DNA of 64,000 nt from Hemiscyllium ocellatum (GCF_020745735.1 NC_083447.1:11550035-11614034); one strand, 5' to 3'. Positions 1 through 13,411 are shown, counted from the first letter of the stretch. The notes: generated by a model not told the origin, from the sequence alone. Program-made: numbers and translations.

Positions 1-2101
1 CCTGAATTTAAATAAGGGATGTTACAGTGCTATGAGGTACGAGCTGACTATGATAAATTGGAATGTTACTTTATAAGGATGATGGTGGATGGGCATTGGC
101 AAATATTAAATGGCACATGGAGGAACTGCAACAATTTTCAATCCTGTCTGGCACAAAATTAAAAGGGGAAAAGTGGCCCAACTGCGGATAACAAGGGAAA
201 TTAGGAAGAGCATTAGATCAAAGGAGAGGCATACAAATTAGCCCCCCAAAAAAAGCAGCAGACCCAAGGATTGAGAGCAATTTAGATTTCAGCAAAGGAG
301 GACAAAGGGATTGATTACGAGGAAAACAGAGTAAGCTTGCAGAGAATGTGCAAACTAATTGTAAATGCTCCATTGGTGTATGAAGAGAAAAAGATTACTT
401 AAGGCAAATCTGAGTCCCTTACAGTCAGAAACAGAGGAAGGTATAATGGGAAATGAAGAGATGGCAAACCAGTTAAATACATTTTTGTTTGTTTGCAAAA
501 GGAGGATACAAATAATGTCCCAAAAATATTGGGGAACATCGTGTCTAATGATAGGAGAAACTGAAGGAAATCATTATGAATATGGAAATGACTTTGGGGA
601 AATTGATGGGATTAAAGGCAGATATATCTCAAGAGTCCAATAATCTACTCCCCAGAGTACTTCAGGAAATGGCTCCGGAAATAGTAGATATATAGATCAT
701 CTTTCCAAGTTCTATAGACTCTGGAACAATTCCTGCATATTATAGGATACCTAATGTAGCCCCACTATTTTAAAAAAAAAGCTAGAGAGAAAACGAGGAA
801 TTATAAATCATATAGCATGACATCAGTAGAGGAGAAAATGCAGATATCTCTCAAGGGTCCAATAATCTACTCTCCAGAGTACTTCAGGAAATGGCTCTGA
901 AAATAGTAGCTATATTGATCCATTATAAAAGATTTAATAGCAGAACACTTGGAAAACAGTGACATGATCAGGCAGAGTCAACATGGATTTACGAAAAGGG
1001 AAATCATAATCGACAAATCTACTAAATTTTTCGAGAATTAATGACTAGAGTTGATGAGGGGAAGCCAGTGGATGTGGTTGACTTGGATTTTCAGAAGTCT
1101 TTTGAAGAGGTTCCAGATAAGAGATTACCATATAAAATTAAAGAGCATGGGATTGGGGTTAATGTACTGAAATAGTTAGAGAGCTGGTTAATAGATGGGA
1201 AATAAAGTAAAAATAAATTGATTTTTTTTTCCCAAATGGCAGGCAGTGACTTGGGGGGGGGGGGGGGGGGCATCACAGAGATCAGTGCTTGGGCTCCAGC
1301 TATATCAATAAGTGATTTAGACAAGGGAACTAAATGTAATGTGCCAGGTTTGCAGACACCAGAAAGCTGGGTGGAAGGTGAACTGGGAGGAGGATGCAGA
1401 GACACTTTGAACAAGTTAAGTGAAGGGGCAAATGCAAGGCCAGTAAAATATAATGTTGTTAAGTGCGAAGTTATCCATTTTTGGTAGCAAAACCAGGAAG
1501 ACAGTTTTTTGGAATGATGACAGATTGGAAAAGGTGGAATGAGACCTGGCTGTCCTTGTACACCATTGTTGAAAGTAAGCATGTAGGTGCTACAGACAGT
1601 AAAAGGCGGCAAATTGTGCTTTGGTCTTCAAACGGAGAGGATTTGCATACCGGAGCAAGGATGCCCTGCTGCAATTACACAAGGCCCTGGTGAGACAACA
1701 CCTGGACTATCGTGTGCAGTTTTGGTCTCTGATTTGAGGAAGGATGTTCTCACTGTCGAGAGACTGCAACCAGGATTCACAGACAGATTCCTTAGATGAT
1801 ACATGTGAAGACAGACTAGATCGGTCAGGACTAATTTCACTGCAATTTAGAAAAATGAGAGAAGGATTCACAGAAACCTATAAAATTCTAACAAGACTGG
1901 GTAGGTTAAATGCAGGAAGCAGTTGAGGCAAAAATATCGAATGTTTTCAATGAGTTCGATATAGGTCTTAAGGCTGAAGGGATCAAAGGACATGGGGAGA
2001 AGGCAGGAATAGGGAAGTGAGTTGGATGATCTGCCATGATCACATTGAATGGCACAGCAGGCTCCAAAGGCCAAATGGCCTACTCCTATGTTCTATGTTT
2101 C
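1..2101 (+). mobile_element. Degraded CR1-type LINE (RT region plus 3' tail)
   Basis: Frameshifted ORF2 motifs are readable (RQSQHGF, VDVVDLDFQKSFEEVP, KCEVIHF, KALVR..LDYRVQFW). Ends in a CR1-like 3' UTR 'ggcctactcctatgttctatgtttc'. Confidence 0.85.
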
Positions 2102-4659
2102 ACAAGCCTTCTCTCCTAAATTCATCCATGCTGTTCACGTCATCCACTCCCTGTGGTGACAAGTGCATATTCTCACCATCCTCTGGATAAAGAGGCTTCT
2201 TCTGAATTGCCTACTGGATTGCTTGGGCAACTACCTTAAATCAATGATCGCAAGTTATTCTTTCAAAACCCTCATGGCTTAGTCTTTTTTTCAGAGTCAA
2301 CCTGGTCCTCCTCTTCCCAATAGTTTATATCTTTCCTGTATTCTGGTGCAATCCCTGTAAACACCTTTTCACCCATTCCACTATCGCTATCTTTTCTAAT
2401 GACAACCAAAATTATACACCATTAAGAGTTGCACCATGATTCATAGGAAATAGAAGGAGGCGGCCATTTAGTCCCCTGTGCCAACTATCTTATTCTGGAC
2501 CACAGCTGATCTTCTACCTCGACACCAGTTTTTTTGCACTGACCTTGGATCCTACAATATATTTCTAGATATTAAAGCTATCAATCTTTGTCTTGAGTAT
2601 ACTCAACAACTGAGCCAGCTGGAGCGGAGAATCCTAAACGTTCACAACCCTCTGATTGAAGAAATTCCTCCTCATCTCAGTTCCAAATGATCTATCCCTG
2701 ATTCTGAGATGGCGTTTTCTGTTTCTGGAATATTGCCACCACTGCCTCAGCTAGGAAAAAACATCCAGTCATTTAACATGACTTATTTATATTTAAACAG
2801 AAATAATCCCAAATGAGTAGCTTGTTTATGTTGCAATGTTATTGTCATGCTTTATTTCTCTTATTGGTCTGTGTGTTTGTACTTTCGCTCCTGCCCCTCC
2901 CCACCCCATTTGAACACATTTTCCACGTGATATTGCTTCTTTTATCCAACTGTGATTGCTCACACTAATCTATGTTGAAATTCATTTGTAAATTATAGGT
3001 GAGTATTAATAATAGTGGGCACAAAACTGCCAGTGTGTTATAAAGCAGTTCTGGTTGACTAGTATCTTTTAGAGGAAGAGATTTATTCGGGTTAAATGTG
3101 ATTCTAGACTCTCAGCAATATGGGTAGCTCTTAACTGCCCTCTGTATCAGAGAGCAAGAAACTCAGTTGACAGCATTCTCTCAAGGGTAATGCTGGATAA
3201 ATAAATACAAAATAAGGGGTTTTAGGACAGCTGACTGTGGAGGTTTAGAGGAGGAAATTCAAAAGCTTAGGGTGCGAGCCAGTGAAGGTATGGATCTGTA
3301 AACCTGTGCTGTGACATATTAGAATTGTGATTCCTCGGCTTGTTATGCAACTCCACTTACCCTGGCTTCACCCAAATACTGGGAACTGTGCCTTCAGCAG
3401 TCTGAGCTCCAAATAATGTTATCGTTAAAACCTGTCTTTCCATCTCCCTCTGCACTTTTAAAAGCCTTCTTAATGAGCAGATTTTTAGTAATTTCTTCTA
3501 TCATCATCTTTATTGGCTGTGTCACTGTTCGACTATTATTCAGTGGTTAGGTCTTCTACATTAATGGTGAGCTGTAGATATAAGCTGTTGTCATTGGTAA
3601 CAGAACCTATGTTGCATTTTTACGGGTAGAATTAATATTTCCAAACAGGTAGCAGCCTTTTTCTTTCACACAATACTAAGTAACTACAGCTCCCAACCAG
3701 ATCATATTCCAACGCAGATCCCAGCATCCACTTTGACTTAGCAGTAGCACTTTCTTATCGCAGATTGATGCTTGTCTGTCTGTGAGATGTTCAAAAGACA
3801 AGACAACAATTTGAACTAGAATATCAACTGTCTTTATCTGCTAAGTTTATCTTCTGTTGCTTAAAACATCATGGCATCAAGAGTCTCCTTGGCTGAAAAT
3901 TATTGTCTGGTATCTGAACCTCCTAGGTTCAGGCCACCCACCAAAGATTTGAACCCATTATTTAGGCTGAAACTTCAATGGAATGCAAAAAGAAAGCTGC
4001 ATTGTCAGAGAGATGTTAAACCCGAAACCCTGTCTTCCTTCACAGGTAGACCTAAGGAAAGGGTATTACAGTCAATATTTCTCCCTCAATTAACATCATA
4101 AACAGAATGTATCCTATTACTTTGGAAGTCTGTGTAAATTGACTGCCTTGTTTCTTACATGACAAAACGATGATACTTTCCAAAGTATGGGAATTGACGA
4201 TAAAGCATTTTGATACATTCTGAAGTTCACAGAATTATAGAAACTTATAGAGCACAGAATTCTGCCATTTGGAGGTACTATGTCCATGATAGCCAAAATA
4301 CAGCTATCCAGAATAATCCTGTCCTTGTTCCACGATCCTGCACATCAAGTTCATATGCAAGTATGTTTTAAATGCAATGAAGAATTCTGCCTCTCCGCTC
4401 TTTCACTCGGTGAGTTCCAGACTCACCCTAACCCCACTCAACATGAAAATAAATTCTTCCCTATTCCCATCTATGCAGTGAATGTTTTACACCTGGTTAT
4501 TGACCTGTAAGAAATAGGCCCTCCCAATCCAGGCTCCTCATTAATTTATACATGTTGTAAACTTCCCTTCTGTCTCCTTTGTTCTAAGGAAAATAAGTCC
4601 AGCCTATCCAATCTTTCCTCAAGGCTACGTTGCAATGGTGTCACAGAAATGCAGATGCT

Positions 4660-6420
4660 TCCTTCTCTTCAGTGATGGTTAGTCCTCTGGAAGGTGAATT
4701 TGGGGCATTGAGAATGGAACATAAGGAGACAGCAGATGAATTCAACAGGTATTTTTCAAGAGCCTTCATCACAGACAATGCAGATAACATACCAAAAATA
4801 GCTACAGACCCGGAACTGGAAAGGAGAGAGGAACATAAGAAAATTACAAATCACCAGGGAAGTGGTTCTGAGCAAATTGTTGGAGCTGTGGATCCTGATG
4901 AACTTCATCCTAGAGTCTTAAACGTAGCAGCTAACTAGATGTTTAATGGGCTGGTTTTAATAATATATCCCCTAAACCTTGGGATGCTTCCATTATAGCA
5001 AATTTTATTCAGACATAGAGTGAGACAGAAAGCAGGAAACAACAAATCAATTAGCTTAATGTGTATCATGGGGAAGATGTTAGAAGTTATTATTAAACGT
5101 ATCATACTTGGGCACATCAAAAAAAATACAAGGCAATCAGGTAAAGACCAACTTATGGGAGCTTTTGAGGAAGTACATGTACTGCAGATAAATTTACTCA
5201 GTGAATATATTCAGACTTCCAGAAGATAATTTAAGACATTCTACATCAAAATTATTGCAGAAGATAGAAGTTTATGGTGCGTGTGTGTGTTAGGGGGGTG
5301 GGTTTTTTTTTAAAAACATACTGGCATGAAGAGAAGATATGCATTATAACTGGAATCAGAATCGGCATAAGTGGATCATCTTCTGGACGGCAAAATAGTG
5401 CGCCACAGGAATCCATGCTAGAGCCTCAATATTTTACAATTTATATAAATTTCTCAGATGAAGGAACCAAAGGTATCGTTGTTAAATTTGCTGAACACAC
5501 AAAGATAGGTAGGGAAGTAAATTTTGAAGATGGCATAAGAAAGCTCCAAAGAGATATAGACAGTGTGTGGAAAAATACGGCAATTGGAGTATCTTATGAG
5601 AAAATGCGAAATTGCCTTTTTTGGCAGGAAGAATAAGAAAAATTATCCAAATGATGAGAGATTGTAGAGCTGAGGTTCAGGAGGATCTGGATGCCCTACT
5701 ACATGAATCGCAAAATGTTTGTGTTAAGCTGCTCCTGCATAATCAGGAAATTAATAGTGTCATTGCTTATTGCGAAGGGAAATTGAATACAAAAGTATGG
5801 AGGTTTTGTTTCATTTATACAGGTCGAGACCACATCAGCTTTCTGCAGGAACCAAAGGTGTCATTGGTTCCCCCGAACCCAGGAACCATAAGTTAACTAG
5901 GGTGGACTTTGTCTTTTTTTTTTACCTTCTGTCAAAATACAACACACCATGGCAATATGGCGTATAAATACTTTTTGCTGCAGTTTTTAAGTAAAAATAC
6001 AAGTGATAAAAAATTACTTCTCTATTCTGCCTGGAGTACTGTGTACAGTATTGGTTTCCTTATTACAGAATATAAATCTGTTAGCAGTTCAGTGAAGGTT
6101 TACCAGATCCAAATCTGGAATGGGGTTGGGGGGGTTGTCTTAGACTGAAAAGTTGGACAGTTTAGGCTTGTATCCACTGGAGTTTAGAAGAGTAAAAGGC
6201 AATTTATTTTGAAACGTAAAGATCCTGAAAGAGTTTAACAGGGTGGCTGTGGAAAAGGAGATTATTTCTTTTGGGAGAATCGATAACTAAGGGTAAGCCA
6301 TTGAAAACAGTTTTTTTTAAATAACGGGAGGTTGAAAATTTTTGGGATTCACTTCCTCAAAATGTGCGAATCTTTTAAAGGCAGAAGTCGATAGAAGGAG
6401 GTGAAAGGTTATCACGGATA
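4660..6420 (+). mobile_element. Highly degraded CR1-type LINE ORF2 remnant
   Basis: ORF fragments ADEFNRYF, DPDELHPRVL, AGNNKSISLMCIMGKMLE and PQESMLEPQYFTIYIN...KFAEHTKIG (decayed FADDTK motif). Confidence 0.8.
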
Positions 6421-6819
6421 TTTGGCCTATATTTCAAATAAATGGAGCATAAAACTTAGAATTAAAATTAACACCACCAATTGCCATTTGCAAGGAGAGT
6501 GTTCCAAATTTCCTTTGATTGCGTAAATGTTTGCTAACTTCTCTCCTAAAGGTCTGGCTTTAATGTTTTTGGTTATGACCCAGAGGCTTAGATTTCTGCT
6601 GGTAATGGAGTCTGCATGCCTTTTGACGAATTTGATTGAAGAAGTCCTTACCTTCAGAATCTGAAGGAATGGAATCCCAGTGTTTCTTTTTTATTGATGG
6701 GATGTTGGCAGCATTAGCAATGCCAGCATTTGTTGCCCATGGCTAATTGCCTCTTGAACTGAGTGGCTGGCCAGGGAAATCACAGGTAGCAAGGTCTGCA
6801 TTTGATCCTCAGAAAAAAA

Positions 6820-7050
6820 CTGCAGATGCTGGAAATCAGAAACAAAAACAGCGATTGCTGGAAAGGTTCAGCAGGTTTGTGGAGAGAAATCAGAGTTAAC
6901 GTTCTGGGTCGGGTGACCCTTCCTCAGAACTGATGAGCTCTGTGGACAGCAGTTCTAAGGCAGGGTAGCTGGACTCAAAACTTTAACTCTTGAATTCTCT
7001 CCACAGATGCTACCAGACCTGTTGAGTTTTTCCAGCAATTTCTGTTTTGG
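6820..7050. mobile_element. Inverted-repeat Penelope-like terminal fragment with decayed hammerhead motif
   Basis: 'aaacagcgattgctggaaaggttcagcaggt..gtggagagaaatcagagttaac' is mirrored by 'taactc..ttctctccacag..acctgttgagtttttccagcaatttctgtttt'. Minus strand reads CTGAGGA-AGGGTC..GACCC-agaacgtt. Confidence 0.6.
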
Positions 7051-7059
7051 ATCTGCATT

Positions 7060-7455
7060 TGATCATTCCTAATTGCCCCAGGAACTGAATGGCATGGCTA
7101 GGGGCCAATGCAGGTGGCCTGGGCAGTATCTGATCATTCCTAATTGCCCCAGGAACTGAATGGCAATGGCTAGGGGGCCAATGCAGGTGGCCAGGGCAGT
7201 ATCTGATCATTCCTAATTGCCCCAGGAACTGAATGGCATGGCTAGGGGGCCAATGCAGTTGGGCCAGGGCAGTATTTGATCGTTCCTAATTGCCCCAGGA
7301 ACTGAATGGCATGGCTAGGGGCCAATGCAGTTGGGCCAGGGCAGTATTTGATCGTTCCTAATTGCCCCAGGAACTGAATGGCATGGCTAGGGGCCAATGC
7401 AGTATTTGATCGTACCTAATTGCCCCAGGAACTGAATGGCAATGGCTGGGGGGGC
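7060..7455. repeat. Minisatellite, ~71-73 bp unit, ~6 copies
   Basis: Unit 'tgatcattcctaattgccccaggaactgaatggcatggctaggggccaatgcag...' starts at 7060, 7131, 7204, 7277 and continues. Confidence 0.9.
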
Positions 7456-7479
7456 CATTTCAACTGACAGGTCAGAACC

Positions 7480-8160
7480 AACCATATCTCTGAGGGCCCG
7501 GAGTCACGTGTAGGCCCAGCCTGAGATGAGGATGGGGCAGATTTCCTCTCCCCTCCGCGGGGGGCTCGATCGATTGACGGTCACCGTGACCGAGAAATGT
7601 GCGTTAGCATTAAAGGGGGGGGGGCAATGGGATGGATATCCTTCTATCGGGAGGAGGTGGTGGTTGTTGTTGTTGGGTGGAGGGCATTCGGCCAGTGGCT
7701 AGGCTCTAAAGCCCCGGAGCAGCGGCTCAGGCCGGTCCCCAAACCCTTACCCCCTCTCCCCCCCAATTCCTGAACCGAGAGGGGTAGCGTGTTCCGTTCC
7801 CTACCTCACCGTTCGCCGTCGCCGTGGCCGGTCTCAGCGCTACCTCACTGCCCCGCGCCGCCATCTTGCCAGCGCCCGCAACAACCAACTGCGGGACTTC
7901 GGCTCCCTCCCCCGGGGGTCAAACGGGAATCTCGCGCGTGACCTCCCAGCGCGAGAGGGGGCGGGGATGTGGGGGGGGTGCGGGAACCCGCGTGAGGAAT
8001 AGGACCGCGCCATCATTGATCCTGGCGGAATCCCCTCCCTCTTATACACACACACACACACGCCTCGGCCCTGCGCTCTGCCAGGACACCCTCTCATTAC
8101 AGTCACGCAGCACCGGGTGGGGGATCGACTCTTCGGCCCAACCGGTCCATGCCGACCCAC
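7480..8160 (-). promoter_or_regulatory. CpG-island promoter with YY1 motif over the start codon and a GC box
   Basis: High CpG density; gccgccatctt (YY1 consensus) at 7857-7867; ggggcgggg near 7958. Confidence 0.65.
7805..7864 (-). CDS. First coding exon of an unidentified gene continuing beyond the window start (candidate CLPTM1)
   Basis: In a CpG island. AAG-ATG-GCG-GCG start context; MAARGSEVALRPATATANG(E) is followed by two overlapping donors (G|GTGAG after 7810; GAG|GTAGG after 7805). No downstream exon was recognised in 1-7800. Confidence 0.6.
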
Positions 8161-8519
8161 AATCAAACGAAACGAGCCCCCCCCCCAAAGCATTTCTTAT
8201 TTGTGTGCTCACCTTTTAAGCTGCCTGTTGTGCGAAAAGAGGCACAGAAACAGACCCTTCGGCCCAACTCGTCCATGCCGCCCCACAATCCCAAATTAAA
8301 TTAGTCCCAACCTGCCTGCTCCTGGCCCAAGTCCCTCCAAATATTTCGTATTAATGCACACTTATTATTTTTTTAAAACTGTGTGCAATTCCGCTCTCCC
8401 TGCTGTGGGAAGGATGCTGTGAAAGTTTCCCAATAAACCTGTTCAACAATAATCTGGTCTTGTGTGATTTTTCACTTTGTCTATCCCAGTCCAACATCTG
8501 CACCTCCTCATTGTGAAAC

Positions 8520-9990
8520 TTAGAGTCATAGAGATGTATAGCCATGGAAACAGCCCCTTCTGTCCAACTTGTACACATTGACCAGTTTTCTTAATAGAAC
8601 ATAGAAAAATACAGCGCAGTCCAGGCCCTTTGGCCCTCCATGTTGCGCCGACCCAATCCCACCTAACCTACACTAGCCCCATTTGCCAGCACTTGACCCA
8701 TATCCCTCTAAATCCTTCCTATTCATGTACCCATCCAAGTACCTTTTAATGTTGTCATTGTATCAGCCTCCACCACTTCCTCTGGCAGCTCATTCCATAC
8801 GCACACCATGAAAAAGTTGTTCCTTAGGTCCCCTTTAAATCTTTCCTCTCACAACCTCTAGTTCTGGACTCCCCCAATCCAGGGAAAAGACCTTGTCTAT
8901 TTACCCCATCCATGCCCCTTATGATTTGAAAGGATTCAGAAAAGATTTAGACCATAAGACATAGGAGTGGAAGTAAGGCCATTCGGCCCATCGAGTCCAC
9001 TCTGCCATTCAATCATGGCTGATGGGCATTTCAACTCCACTTACCAGCATTCTCCCCATAGCCCTTAATTCCTCGTGACATCAAGAATCTATCTATCTCT
9101 GCCTTGAAGACATTTAGGGTCCCGGCCTCCACTGCACTCTGCGGCAATGAATTCCACAGGCCCACCACTCTCTGGCTGAAGAAATTTCTCTGCATTTCTG
9201 TTCTGAATTGACCCCCTCTAATTTTAAGGCTGTGTCCACGGGACCTAGTCTCCTCGCCTAACGGAAACAATTTCCTAGCGTCCACCCTTTCCAAGCCATG
9301 TATTATCTTGTAAGTTTCTATTAAGTATCCCCTCAATCTCCTAAACTCCAACGAATACAATCCCAGGATCCTCAGCCGTTCCTCGTATGTTAGACCAACC
9401 ATTCCAGGGATCATCCGTGTGAATCTCCGCTGGACACGTTCCAGTGCCAGTATGTCCTTCCTGAGGTGTGGGGACTAAAACTGGACACAGTACTCCAAAT
9501 GGGGCCTAACTAGAGCTTTATAAAGTCTCAGTAGCACTAGACTGTTGACATGGTTGGAGGGTTTGAGCTACTGGGAGAGGCTGAATTATGCTGCAGCTAT
9601 TTTCCCTGGGCCGTCTGAGGTTGGGGGGGTGACCTTGTAGAGGTTTATAAAATCGTGAGAGGCACGAATAGGGTGAATGGCTAAAGATTTTCCCCCTGGT
9701 GGGGAGTCTAAAATTAGAGGGCATAGGTTTAAGGTGAGAGGGGAAAGTTTTAAAAGGGCCCTAAGGGGCAACTTTTTCACACAGAGTGTGGTGCTTTATG
9801 TGGAATGAGCTGCCAGAGGAAGTGGTGGAGGCTGATACAACTACAACATTTAAAAGGCATCTGGATGGGTATATGAATAGGAAGGGTTTGGACGGATGTG
9901 GGATTAGATTGATTTAGGATATTGGGTCAGCATGGACAGATTGGACTGAAGGGTCTGTTTCCATGCTGTACAGCTTTATGACTATGATTC
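8520..9990. mobile_element. Nested cluster of CR1 (HER1-like) LINE 3' ends; a younger minus-strand copy at ~8950-9535 sits inside a plus-strand copy
   Basis: ORF 9031-9414 (YEERLRILGLYSLEFRRLRG...FSQRVVGLWNSLP) is a typical CR1 ORF2 C-terminus. Flanks encode the same region in both orientations. Confidence 0.85.
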
Positions 9991-10059
9991 TATGACATTA
10001 TAACTGTACCTGCATCAACTACTTCCTCTTGAAGTTCATTCTCTTATTATCCAGATTTA

Positions 10060-10860
10060 AGCTGAAAAATGTGTTGCTGGAAAAGCGCAGCAGGTCAGGC
10101 AGCATCCAAGGAGCAGGAGAATTGATGTTTTGGGCATAAGCCCTTCATCAGGAATGAGGAAGGTGTGCCAAGCAGGCTAAGATAAAAGGTAGGGAGGAGG
10201 GAGGAGGGGGAGGGGCGTTGGGAATGTAATAGGTGGAAGGAGGTCAAGGTGAGGGTGATAGGCCGGAGTGGGGGTGGGGGCGGAGAGGTCAGGAAGAAGA
10301 TTGCAGGTTAGGAAGGTGGTGCTGAGTCCGAGGGGTGGGACTGAGATAAGTTGGGGGGAGGGGAAATGAGGAAGCTGGAGAAATCTGCATTCATCCCTTG
10401 TGGTTGGAGGGTTCTTAGGCGGAAACTGAGGCGCTCTTCCTCCAGGAGTGGTGTTGCCATGATCTGGCGATGGAGGAGGCTAAGGACCTGCATGTCCTTG
10501 GCGGAGTGGGAGGGGGAGTTAAAGTTGTTGTGGTTCTGTTCGCCGAGCTGGAAGTTTTTGCTGCAAACGTTTCGTTCCCTGGCTAGGGAACATCATCAGT
10601 GCTATTGGAGCCTCCTGTGAAGCGCTGCTTTGATGTTTCTTCCGGTATTTATAGTGGTTATTTATAGGGGAGTTAAAGTGTTCAGCCACGGGGTGGTTGT
10701 TGCTGGTGTCCCAGAGGTGTTCTCTGAAACGTTCCGCAAGTAGGCGGCCTGTCTCCCCAATATAGAGGAGGCCACATCGGATTCTCCTGCCTGACCTGCT
10801 GTGCTTTTCCAGCACGACATTTTTCAGCTCTGATCTCCAGCATCTGCAGTCCTCACTTTA
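10060..10860 (-). mobile_element. Penelope-like retroelement 3' portion: GIY-YIG endonuclease remnant plus pLTR, with an inverted pLTR piece
   Basis: CGLLYIGETGRLLAERFREH...HPVAEHFNS and LEEERLSFRLRTLQPQGMN are Penelope GIY-YIG motifs. The terminal sequence 10061-10120 is repeated inverted at 10780-10830. Confidence 0.85.
10563..10602 (-). ncRNA. Minimal type-I hammerhead ribozyme motif (family C) in a nested insertion
   Basis: Minus strand: GCA-CTGATGA-T-GTTCCCT-AGCC-AGGGAAC-GAAA-C-GTT-TGC. 7-bp stem II, 3-bp stem I, ACGT palindrome. Confidence 0.7.
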
Positions 10861-11667
10861 TCCAGCTTTAAGCAAAGTATGGCAGAAGCTGGAAAAAATA
10901 TTGAAATGAGAACAGAGGGTGCTGGAGAAACTCTGCAGCATCTGTGCACAGAAAGTAAATACTGAGGAAACTGTGGAGGTCTGGCGGCATCTGTGAAGAG
11001 AGAAACAGAGTTAATGTTTCGAGTCTGGTGTGACTTCACTGTTCTGATGAAGGGTCACTCCACCCAAGACACCAACTCTGATTTCTCTCCATGGATGCTG
11101 CCAGACCTGCTGAACTTTTCCAGCAATTTCTGTTTTGTCTCTGATTTACAGCATCCATACTTTTTTTTCCCCAGTTTTTATGACTCCAGTGTTCTGAAGG
11201 GGGGGGGGGGGGTCATTGGACTCAAATGTTAACTCTTTCTCTCCCTCTCTCTCTCTGTCCACAGATGCTGCAGGAAAAGAAAACAGGTTAGGCATATGGA
11301 TTTCAGTGGGCTCGGTTCATGTTTTCTAAATGATTAAAGTAATTAAAACTGAGTTCATAGCGCTGCTGCTGTTGACAGATGTTGAATTATTGAAATATTA
11401 AAGGCGTGAATAAATGTCTGATCACATACTAACTGTAATTGTCATTACATGATTTCACAAAAGTTGAAAAAGCTGCAGTTGAGCAATTTTGCTTGAGCCT
11501 CCATGCTGGGCCACCATTTATTTGCCTACCCTTAATTGTCCTTTAAGAAGGTAAGAGCAGTGAGATGAATTTGTGAACTGCTGCAGTTCATTTGTTGTAG
11601 GCAGACCCTCAATAGGGAGTTCCAGGATTTTGACGCAGCAACCGTGACATAACTGCTGGTATATTTC

Positions 11668-11783
11668 CTGATGAAGGGCTTTTGCCCGAAACGTCGATTT
11701 TACTGCTCCTCGGATGCTGCCGTGCTCTTCCAGCACCACTAATCCAGAATCTGGTTTCCAGCATCTGCAGTCATTGTTTTTAC
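11668..11783 (+). mobile_element. Short Penelope-pLTR-derived insertion with hammerhead core and 12-bp TSD
   Basis: CTGATGA-A-GGGC-TTTT-GCCC-GAAA-C-GTC at 11668-11695. Flanked by ctggtatatttc at 11656-11667 and 11784-11795. Confidence 0.8.
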
Positions 11784-12206
11784 CTGGTATATTTCAAAGT
11801 CAGGTTGGTGAGTGGCTTGGAGGAGAACGTGCATTCGAGTGCTGCACCTCATGTGTCTGCTGATCCTGTCAGACACTTAACCCAAATTTCACATAATTTC
11901 TCTGCTTTTCAACTTGTGAGATTTAATTTGTGCTTATGTGCCATCCTGCATCAAATAATCTTTTTGTGATCTGTATATCCATATCCCCTCGACTCCTTTG
12001 CTTTCTCTATGACAGATTTACTTTCCAAGGTAAAAGCAAAATACTGCAGATGCTGGTAATCTGAAACAAACTCAGAGCGTGCTGGAGAAACTCGGCAGGT
12101 CTGGCAGCATCTGTGGAGAAATAAATAGAGTTAATATCATGCCAGACACGAAACGTTAAGTCTTGATTTTCTCTCCACAAATGCTGAGCTTCTCCAGTGT
12201 TTTGTT

Positions 12207-12515
12207 AGAATCATTGAATTCCTGCAGTATGGAAGCAGACCATTCAGTCCATCGAGTCCACACCTCCCCTCTGTAGAGCATCCCACCCAATCCCTACATT
12301 TCCCATGGTTAATCCACTCAGCTTTCACATCCCTGGACACTATGGGGCAATTTAGCGTGGCCAATCCAGCTAACCTGCACATCTTTGGACTGTGAGAGGA
12401 AACCCACGCAGACACAGGGAGAACATGCAAACTCCATACAGACAGTAACCTGACACTGGAACCAAACACAGGTCCCCGGTGCTGTGAGGCAGTAGTGCTA
12501 ACCACTGACCCACCA
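12207..12515 (-). mobile_element. HE1-like tRNA-derived V-SINE
   Basis: tRNA-like head (cagtggttagcactactgcctcacagc), V-domain (gtatggagtttgcatgttctccctgtgtctgcgtgggtttcc) and CR1-like tail. Confidence 0.8.
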
Positions 12516-13192
12516 TATTGTCAAGTAGTAGAGTAGTCCCTCAGTATAGCATTGGAAATCTTTGTTCTGAAGCCCTAAAGTGGGACTAGAACCTGAAATG
12601 TAGAGGTAAGAGTGCAATTAACTGAGCAAAGATGGACAGTAATTCTCTGTACTTTATTTTCTAAGGGCTGTACATCTCTATGACTCTATGTGCAGTTATC
12701 CCTCCCGCTACAATGCACATTTGTCTATATTGAAATTTATTTGTCATTGATTCAGCCATTCTGTAATTTTGTGAATATATTTTATTGCATACCCCAATTC
12801 CGGGGTAAAGTATTTCGGTAAAGTACCAATTCAAATCATTTATGTAAACAGTGAGTAACAGTGGTTCCTTGCGCCTTCCCCCTGTTGTACAATACTCCTC
12901 CGTTCACCTTTAACCCCCTCCTTTTTAAATTCTCTGCCTGAAGGCTGGTATAACCCAAGTACCATAATACCCCCATTGGTAGGAAAAGATGGTAGGTCCC
13001 AAATCTACCCCAGAGGAAACAAAGAATCAAAACATATGCTTTTGGCAACAAGTAGAGCTACACTGGCTGGCCATCCACTGGCCTCCATCAAGGACTGATA
13101 GTAACTGTGGCAATACATCTTACCTGTTGTAGTCCAGGGCTATGATCTGCCTCCAATGTTCTTTCCATTATAAATGGCTAACTAAGAATCTC

Positions 13193-13411
13193 CGAGTAAA
13201 AAGTGAGGTCTGCAGATGCTGGAGATCAGAGCTGAAAACGTGTTGCTGGTTAAAGCACAGCAGGTCAGGCAGCATCCAAGGAACAGGAAATTCGACGTTT
13301 CGGGCCAGAGCCCTTCCTGATGAAGGGCTCTGGCCCGAAACGTCAAATTTCCTGTTCCTTGGATGCTGCCTGACCTGCTGTGCTTTAACCAGCAACACAT
13401 TTTCAGCTTAG
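13193..13411. mobile_element. Fold-back Penelope-pLTR mini-insertion (family A) with hammerhead core and 14-bp TSD
   Basis: ~87-bp arms at 13230-13316 and 13322-13408. CTGATGA-A-GGGC-TCTG-GCCC-GAAA-C-GTC at 13317-13344. TSD taactaagaatctc at 13179-13192 and 13412-13425. Confidence 0.85.
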
